DNA from: Macrostomum lignano
Taxonomy: Eukaryota
Length of the DNA stretch: 64,000 nt
Direction of reading: 5' to 3'
Assembly: GCA_002269645.1 (NCBI GenBank)
Contig: NIVC01001811.1
Coordinates: forward strand, 1-64,000
Shown here piece after piece: positions 55,601-64,000 of this stretch. A program made the translations under genes and the position numbers. The notes beneath the pieces were generated by a model that ran no database searches, was not told where the DNA came from, and worked only from the letters and a program-made list of their open reading frames with translations. Within the stretch, counting starts at the first letter, position 1. Every line of letters starts with the position of its first letter.

Positions 55601-56688
55601 AATGGCGCCTAGAATGAGTGTGAGATTGGCGCCTAGAATGAGTGTGAGAATGGCGCCAAACTCTCCAATGTGGGAGCACTCATCAGTGACCTTCTCGCCC
55701 CAAATTGCACCTGGCTGCTTGCAGGCCGGGAGCTGCTGTTCTGCGAGACCTGCGACAGCGTGTTCTGTGCAGCCTGTCAGAGCCCGGAACAGGGCGGCCA
55801 TCAGAACAAACCGGATCACACCGTGCTGTCATTTAGCGTGGCTGTTAAACGCACAGCCGAGATTTTGCTTTACAAGGTAATTTCGATATAGTTCTTTGTT
55901 ATTTTCCACTTTTATTAACGAGCAGATTATTGTCTATCAATCTTAAGCATCAATGAGCAGGTGAAGGTCTTTGTCCATAATGTTTTTTGTCATCAATGAG
56001 CAGGTCTTTATCAGTTATTGTTGAGCATCAATGAGCGAGTCTTTGTCCATCAGGGCTGAGCATCAATGAGCGAGTCTTTGTCCATCAGTGCTGAGCATCA
56101 ATGAGCGAGTCTTTGTCCATCAGTGCTGAGCATCAATGAGCGAGTCTTTGTCCATCAGTGCTGAGCATCAATGAGCGAGTCTTTGTCCATCAGTGCTGAG
56201 CATCAATGAGCGAGTCTTTGTCCATCAGTGCTGAACATCAATGAGCAGGTCATTTTTCCGTCATTTTTGAGCAGGTCTTTGTTCAATAAGCAGGTCTTTG
56301 TCTGTCATTGCTAAATGCTGAGCATCAATAAGCGGGTTATTGTAATGGAATTTTCAGACGGACTGTATTCAAGGGTCTTGTTTACAACTAGTTTAAACCT
56401 TTTGTATTCCTAACTAAGGCGCACCTGGCCACCAGTCAGCTCTCGTCAGCATACGAGACGGTCAGCAGAGAGTGCGATCGCTTGGACTCAGCAGCCGAGT
56501 CCTGCATCCTCGACGTTGACGAAAGTTTTCAACAACTGCACGAACTGGTAGAGCGGCGACATTCGGCCGTGAGGTCGTTGGTTCGAAAATTGCAAGACGA
56601 AAAGAGGCGATGCCTACGGGAACAGCTGGGCCTGATTGCTCAGGAGAAGGCCAAAGTTGAGAGGGAGTGTGAGGGACTGCAGTATCAG
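49697..56688 (+). CDS. TRIM-type RING/B-box/coiled-coil E3 ligase (TRIM2/3-like), first three exons only
   Basis: Exons 49697-50087, 55725-55876, 56419-56688, phase-consistent. RING CGTC...PKLLPCSHTLCRAC...FRCPICR. B-box CSIH|GRELLFCETCDSVFCAAC. Coiled coil follows. No stop codon found, so the model is incomplete. Confidence 0.88.
50205..55657. repeat. 5.4-kb 20-22-bp satellite (GGCGCCTAGAATGAGTGTGAGAAT)n with higher-order structure, in TRIM intron 1
   Basis: Direct tandem repeat. Diagnostic variants recur at ~0.87 and ~1.74 kb spacing. Confidence 0.97.
55935..56335. repeat. 35-bp minisatellite in TRIM intron 2
   Basis: (GCTGAGCATCAATGAGCGAGTCTTTGTCCATCAGT)n. Confidence 0.9.
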
Positions 56689-56704
56689 GTGAGACTCTTC
56701 ACTT

Positions 56705-57572
56705 TAGTCTTTATCCCTGATCATGAGTCTTTATCCCTGATCAGGAATCTTTATCCCAGATCATGAGTCTTTATCCCTGATCATGAGTCTTTATATCCCT
56801 GATCATGAGTCTTTATCCCAGATCATGAGTCTTTATATCCCAGATCATGAGTCTTTATATCCCTGATCATGAGTCTTTATCCCTGATCATGAGTCTTTAT
56901 CCCAGATCATGAGTCTTTATCCCTGATCATGAGTCTTTATATCCCTGATCATGAGTCTTTATCCCAGATCATGAGTCTTTATATCCCTGATCATGAGTCT
57001 TTATCCCTGATCATGAGTCTTTATCCCAGATCATGAGTCTTTATCCCTGATCATGAGTCTTTATATCCCTGATCATGAGTCTTTATCCCAGATCATGAGT
57101 CTTTATATCCCTGATCATGAGTCTTTATCCCTGATCATGAGTCTTTATCCCTGATCATGAGTCTTTATCCCAGATCATGAGTCTTTATCCCTGATCATGA
57201 GTCTTTATATCCCTGATCATGAGTCTTTATCCCAGATCATGAGTCTTTATATCCCTGATCATGAGTCTTTATCCCTGATCATGAGTCTTTATATCCCTGA
57301 TCATGAGTCTTTATCCCAGATCATGAGTCTTTATATCCCTGATCATGAGTCTTTATCCCAGATCATGAGTCTTTATATCCCTGATCATGAGTCTTTATCC
57401 CTGATCATGAGTCTTTATCCCTGATCATGAGTCTTTATCCCTGATCATGAGTCTTTATATCCCTGATCATGAGTCTTTATATCCCTGATCATGAGTCTTT
57501 ATCCCAGATCATGAGTCTTTACATCCCTGATCATGAGTCTTTATCCCAGATTATGAGTCTTTATCCCTGACT
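56705..57572. repeat. 20-22-bp minisatellite (GATCATGAGTCTTTATCCCT/A)n
   Basis: Direct tandem repeat after TRIM exon 3. Confidence 0.95.
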
Positions 57573-57891
57573 AGACAGTGAGATGGAGAGTGAAATGCAG
57601 GGGTGCAAGCGATTCAAAGTGAGAAGTGGCAGTGGTCAGAGATCAGGCGAAGGCTGTATTGTGGGGCTAAAAAGTGCTATAAATTTTAGATAGTAAATCT
57701 CTCAGTAGGCCAAAATCCCATCGCAGACTATTTATTGCAGTCACTGTTTATCAGTCTATCTTCAGCTGTACACAAACTCGAAATATATCATTTTATTTCC
57801 ACAGAAATCGAAAATTTATCCGTTTTCGCTTACACTAGGACTCGCCATTTGCAGTGTCCACAGTTTGTACCCTTAAACCCTTTGATATTAT

Positions 57892-58419
<528 letters not shown>

Positions 58420-59103
58420 GAGACAGCCCCCAGCCAGAAGTGCAAGCGCACGTCTACAACAGCGGGCAGTGAGTCGGTAAATTCATTTCCTTTCTAGTAG
58501 GGGGGGGGGGATTGGATCGAATGCTAGGGAATTTTGTTGCCAAGCTGATTCTCTTGACTCTGCCCTCTCTTTCTAATCCTCATGAAGTCGTTCCTTCCCT
58601 TATAAGTTTGCCGAGTAACTGCGGCTCTCCGCACCCAACTCAAGCCGGTAAACGACTGCATGCCATGCAGACACTACAGGCAGGACTGCATATCTGGGCT
58701 GTGTGGCTGTGGAAAGTTTACTCTGCTATATTATTTATTCATATACCAGTTCAGCGTAGGCTCTAGTATGAACAAACTTATTGTCGATCTATACTTACTG
58801 GGTCGATCATAAATCAAGCTTTTCTTAGTGCGCGTTTCTCAGCTCTCTCCCCCTTTAATCCCCGTTCTCGCTGGATTCGGACAGCTCCAGCTCCAGAATC
58901 TGGAAATGACCGATTTTGATCCAACGGACAGAGACTCTGAGCACTTCTTCATCTTTGGGGTTGAATTTATGGCTACTTGAAAAATTTGAATTTATCTCAG
59001 AAATTGTAAAAAGCAAAGATTGTCTTAAAAACTACTGGAATGCATTCTATAGAGACCTTCACAAAAATACAAGATGAGTTGAAGGATAGGAGATTAAATC
59101 GCA

Positions 59104-59575
59104 ATCTATCTCACTGTCTATCTCACTGTTTATCTCACTGTCTCTCTCACTATCTATCTCACTGTCTATCTCACTGTCTCACTGTTTGTCTCACTGTCTA
59201 TCTCAGTATCTATCTCACTGTCTATCTCACTGTCTGTCTCACTGTCTGTCTCACTATCTATCTCAGTATCTATCTCACTGTCTATCTCACTGTCTCACTG
59301 TTTGTCTCACTCTATCTCAGTATCTATCTCACTGTCTATCTCACTGTCTCACTGTTTGTCTCACTCTATCTCAGTATCTATCTCACTGTCTATCTCACTG
59401 TCTCACTGTTTGTCTCACTCTATCTCAGTATCTATCTCACTGTCTATCTCACTGTCTCACTGTTTGTCTCACTGTCTATCTCACTGTCTATCTTGCTATC
59501 TCACTGTCTATCTCACTGTCTATCTCACTGTGTAACTCACTGTCTCACTGTCTATCTCACTGTCTATCTCACCGT
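59104..59575. repeat. (TCTCACTGTC/TA)n minisatellite
   Basis: Direct tandem repeat. Confidence 0.9.
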
Positions 59576-60099
59576 TTTCGTCTGCTGTTCATCCTGCTTT
59601 CTGTCTCATTCCTACTCACCTTCTACTCCTGCTATTCTACACAGCACAACACTTTCGCCCCAATCACCCATGTGATTTCCCCTCCCTCACAATCTCCCTC
59701 CGCTTGCTATCTTCCCACCTCGCTCACGCCCCCGCCTCCAACCCTGCCGCGATTACATGATCCTTTGTCCCTTAAAGTCCAATCAGCTGAAGCCATCCAT
59801 CCTGTCCTCTTCAACAAGAAGCAGCTGCGCATTGCATCCAGGTGCTGTGCAGTCACTTATAATTTGCCATCTATTTTTATAGTGTAGTGACGTACGCGCG
59901 GGTACATTCTTCCTAAAGTACCTGCATCACCTGTATGCGTTTTCTAGCTATACTGTGTCTCTCTGTCCATACACAGCTTTATCTGGCGGATAGGTAGCCT
60001 AAAGCGGATTTTCTGATGATATACTGTAGATATTGTTCAAATAGAAATGCGATTAATTAATCATCGTATACCGCGTGATTATATCTAAGAAGGTGAATG

Positions 60100-60697
<598 letters not shown>

Positions 60698-61709
60698 CGG
60701 TTCTTTGCCGCAGTATATGCAGGCCAGAGTTCTCCCACGTGTATAACCAAATGTAATTATTTTTTCGGGTTCCCTGGCTGCCAATTCGGCCCGACTCGAC
60801 CGACCATATCGCTGTTGGATTAATCAATTTTTCATGGCTTTCTATTCAGCATGTTGAAATTTATCGTAATATACATTATATACTTCGTATAATAGATGCA
60901 TGTTGTTGGTATTAATAAAACACGCGGAGATGCTAGAAATAAGCTAAGTAATTTATGTAATCGATGTGGTGTAGGGAGATGAAGGGCAGAAATGTAGGGT
61001 TATGAAGGGAGGGGTGTGGGGAGATGAAGGGAGGGGTGTGGGGAGATGGAGGGAGGGATATAGGGGAGATAAAGGGGGGGCTTTAGAGAGATAAAAGTGG
61101 GTTGTGGGGAGATGAAGGGAGGGGTGTGGGGAGATAAACAGAGGAGTGTAGGGAGATGGAGGGAGGAATGTAGGGAGATAAAAGTGGGTTGTGGGGAGAT
61201 GGAGGGAGGAATGCCACAGTGAAGTATATTCGGAGACTGCTGAAGTATAAAAAGCTCTCCCCCATCTCTATACTCAAGCTCGTAATCTTTCTAAGCTAGT
61301 AAAATGTCTTCGTCTGTACTAAGACATTTCTTGATGGCTCTTGAGCAGTTAATAGTCTAGAGACTTGGATTAGAGAGAGTTATTGGGAGAAACTGGTCCC
61401 ACGGGCAGTGCAGCATCTGAGACCAAGGCCACTCATATTGTTCAGAGTCTTGAACTCTCATAACCATAGTACTCGATTGAACTGGAGATCCGTCAGTGCT
61501 TGCATGCCATTGCGGCATAAACTATTATACATGTATATGGCTCGTATAGAAAAGTCCTTCTTGTTGAGCAAGTGAATGACAGGCCAACGGAGTGGACGAA
61601 ATATGTACTTTTATCTTGAACTGAGAGTACTGTGACGGGATGACGGAGTTTGTGGACTGAGGCTGAGGGAAGAGGCTGGGTTGAAAGGTGGGGAGAATGG
61701 GAACGTCAG

Positions 61710-62770
61710 GCAGTGAGAGTCAGTCAGAGAGTAGGAGAGTAAGAACGTGAGAGCAGGAGAGTGAGACAGTGAGAGCAGGAGAGTAAGACAGTAAGAGTGG
61801 AAGAGTGAGACAGTAAGAGTGGGAGAGTGAGACAGTAAGAGTGGGAGAGTGAGACAGTGAGAGTGGGAGAGTGAGACAGTAAGAGTGGGAGAGTGAGACA
61901 GTGAGAGCAGGAGAGTAAGACAGTAAGAGCGGGAGAGTGAGACAGTAAGAGTGGGAGAGTGAGACAGTAAGAGTGGGAGAGTGAGACAGTGAGAGCAGGA
62001 GAGTAAGACAGTAAGAGCGGAGAGTGAGACAGTAAGAGTGGGAGAGTGAGACAGTAAGAGTGGGAGAGTGAGACAGTGAGAGCAGGAGAGTGAGACAGTA
62101 AGAGTGGGAGAGTGAGACAGTAAGAGTGGGAGAGTGAGACAGTAAGAGTGGGAGAGTGAGACAGTGAGAGCAGGAGAGTGAGACAGTAAGAGTGGGAGAG
62201 TGAGACAGTGAGAGCAGGAGAGTGAGACAGTAAGAGTGGGAGAGTGAGACAGTAAGAGTGGGAGAGTGAGACAGTGAGAGCGGGAGAGTGAGACAGTAAG
62301 AGTGGGAGAGTGAGACAGTGAGAGCAGGAGAGTGAGACAGTGAGAGCAGGAGAGTGAGACAGTGAGAGCAGGAGAGTGAGACAGTGAGAGCAGGAGAGTG
62401 AGTCAATGAGAGCAGGAGAGAGAGACAATGAGAGTAGGAGAGTGAGACAGTGAGAGCAGGAGAGTGAGACAGTGAGAGCAGGAGAGTGAGACAGTGAGAG
62501 CAGGAGAGTGAGACAGTGAGAGCAGGAGAGTGAGACAGTGAGAGCAGGAGAGAGAGACAATGAGAGCAGGAGAGAGAGACAATGAGAGCAGGAGAGTGAG
62601 ACAGTGAGAGCAGGAGAGTGAGACAGTGAGAGCAGGAGAGTGAGAGCAGGAGAGTGAGTCAGAGAGTAGGAGAGTAAGACAGTGAGAGTGAGGGTGAAAA
62701 GGAGTGAGACAGTGAAACAGTGAGAGTAGGAGAGTGGGACAGTGAGAGTAGAATAGTGAGACAATGAGAG
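61710..62770. repeat. ~21-bp GA-rich minisatellite (GAGAGTGAGACAGTRAGAGYR)n
   Basis: Direct tandem repeat. Confidence 0.95.
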
Positions 62771-63044
62771 TAGAAATGCAGGTGATAATACACTTCAGTA
62801 TTTAAGTATTTAACTATAAGACAATTAAGCTTTGAGTAAGTAGTTAGTCGACATCAGTTGACCAACTCCAGTTTAACTATTTCGACCTGGACCGGCGCAT
62901 CTGCCTGTCTATTCTTAGAATGTTCAGACAGAATTGCACTTTATGACACTTGTCACATTCAGCCTAAAACATTAATTAAATCAAATTGTCCGCTTAAAAG
63001 TACATACATACCTTTTAAAGACTAATTCTAGTGCGTGTGTGTAC

Positions 63045-63697
63045 TCATGAACTCACTCATGAACTCACTCATGATCTCACTCATGAACTGACTCATGATC
63101 TCACTCATGAACTCACTCATGAACTCACTCATGATCTCACTCATGAACTGACTCATGATCTCACTCATGAACTCACTCATGAACTCACTCATGATCTCAC
63201 TCATGAACTCACTCATGATCTCACTCATAAACTGACTCATGATCTCACTCATGAACTCACTCATGAACTCACTCATGAACTCACTCATGATCTCACTCAT
63301 GAACTGACTCATGATCTCACTCATTAACTCACTCATGAACTCACTCATGATCTCACTCATGAACTCACTCATGATCTCACTCATGAACTCACTCATGAAC
63401 TCACCCATGAACTCACTCATGATCTCACTCATAACTCATTCATGAACTCACTCATGAAGTCACTCATAACTCAATCATGAACTCACTCATGAACTCACTC
63501 ATAACTCAATCATGAACTCACTCATGAACTCACTCATAACTCATTCATGAACTCAATCATGAAGTCACTCATAACTCAATCATGAACTCAATCATAAACT
63601 CACTCATAACTCAATCATGAAGTCACTCATAACTCAATCATGAACTCACTCATGAACTCACTCATGAACTCACTCATGAACTCACTCATGAACTCAC
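63045..63697. repeat. 12-bp minisatellite (CTCATGAACTCA)n
   Basis: Direct tandem repeat. Confidence 0.95.
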
Positions 63698-64000
63698 TAG
63701 TTCGCTTAATGGCTCAACTGTTTCTGTTTCTGCCCCCACCCCTCAGCTCTAACGCTTGCCTTTCCGTCTGTTCCGTCACTGGCTTGGTGCCTCTTCTTTT
63801 AACGCTCTGCTTTTTTATTGCTCTCTTGACCTGACCGAAAGCTGCTGCGACCACTTGCGCACTCTCCTTCTCTGCCGTTGGGCTTAAAATTTTTTGCCGC
63901 AATCGATTTGCGGTATCCAGGTGCCCTCCTAGAATTTTTGCGAAAGCTTAAGTTAAACACAAATACAATTTCTCTTACTGACCGATTTTAAGCACAGCTA

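Noticed and set aside
55935-56335. CRISPR-like appearance of 30-39-bp repeats (also 26143-26387, 34181-34435)
   Set aside because: Head-to-tail with no unique spacers, no cas genes, and a eukaryotic context.
61300-61625. Coding-like minus-strand stretch
   Set aside because: Stops in all frames and no identifiable family.

Overview
This is animal genomic DNA: GC-rich exons, with almost every intron and intergenic gap filled by its own mini- or microsatellite. That style suggests a free-living flatworm such as Macrostomum, which is an inference and not proven here. Host genes I can support: the last exon of an extended-synaptotagmin-like C2 protein, a complete 7-exon molybdenum cofactor sulfurase, a complete 5-exon ZNF341 orthologue, single-exon NOP10 and PIN4, an orphan class-A GPCR, a 3-exon Lmx1-type LIM-homeobox gene, the first three exons of a RING/B-box/coiled-coil (TRIM) gene, an intron-containing tRNA-Leu(CAA) plus a decayed duplicate, and two small unknown ORFs. 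Mobile DNA includes two CORE-like tRNA-derived SINEs, a dead Merlin/IS1016-type transposon with TIRs and a TSD, and a mariner relic. The standout is an apparently intact ~5.07-kb Penelope-like (Neptune-type) retroelement at 17590-22655. It has a long ORF1 ending in a catalytically dead SGNH-like domain. ORF1 is joined to the RT/GIY-YIG ORF by a canonical A_AAA_AAC -1 frameshift site. The 3' pseudo-LTR carries a minimal hammerhead ribozyme, and the 5' copy of that ribozyme is truncated. The 3' end stops in the element's own (CT)n tract, at an insertion site in a CT-rich host minisatellite with a ~92-bp target-site duplication. All calls are by eye; no searches were run.
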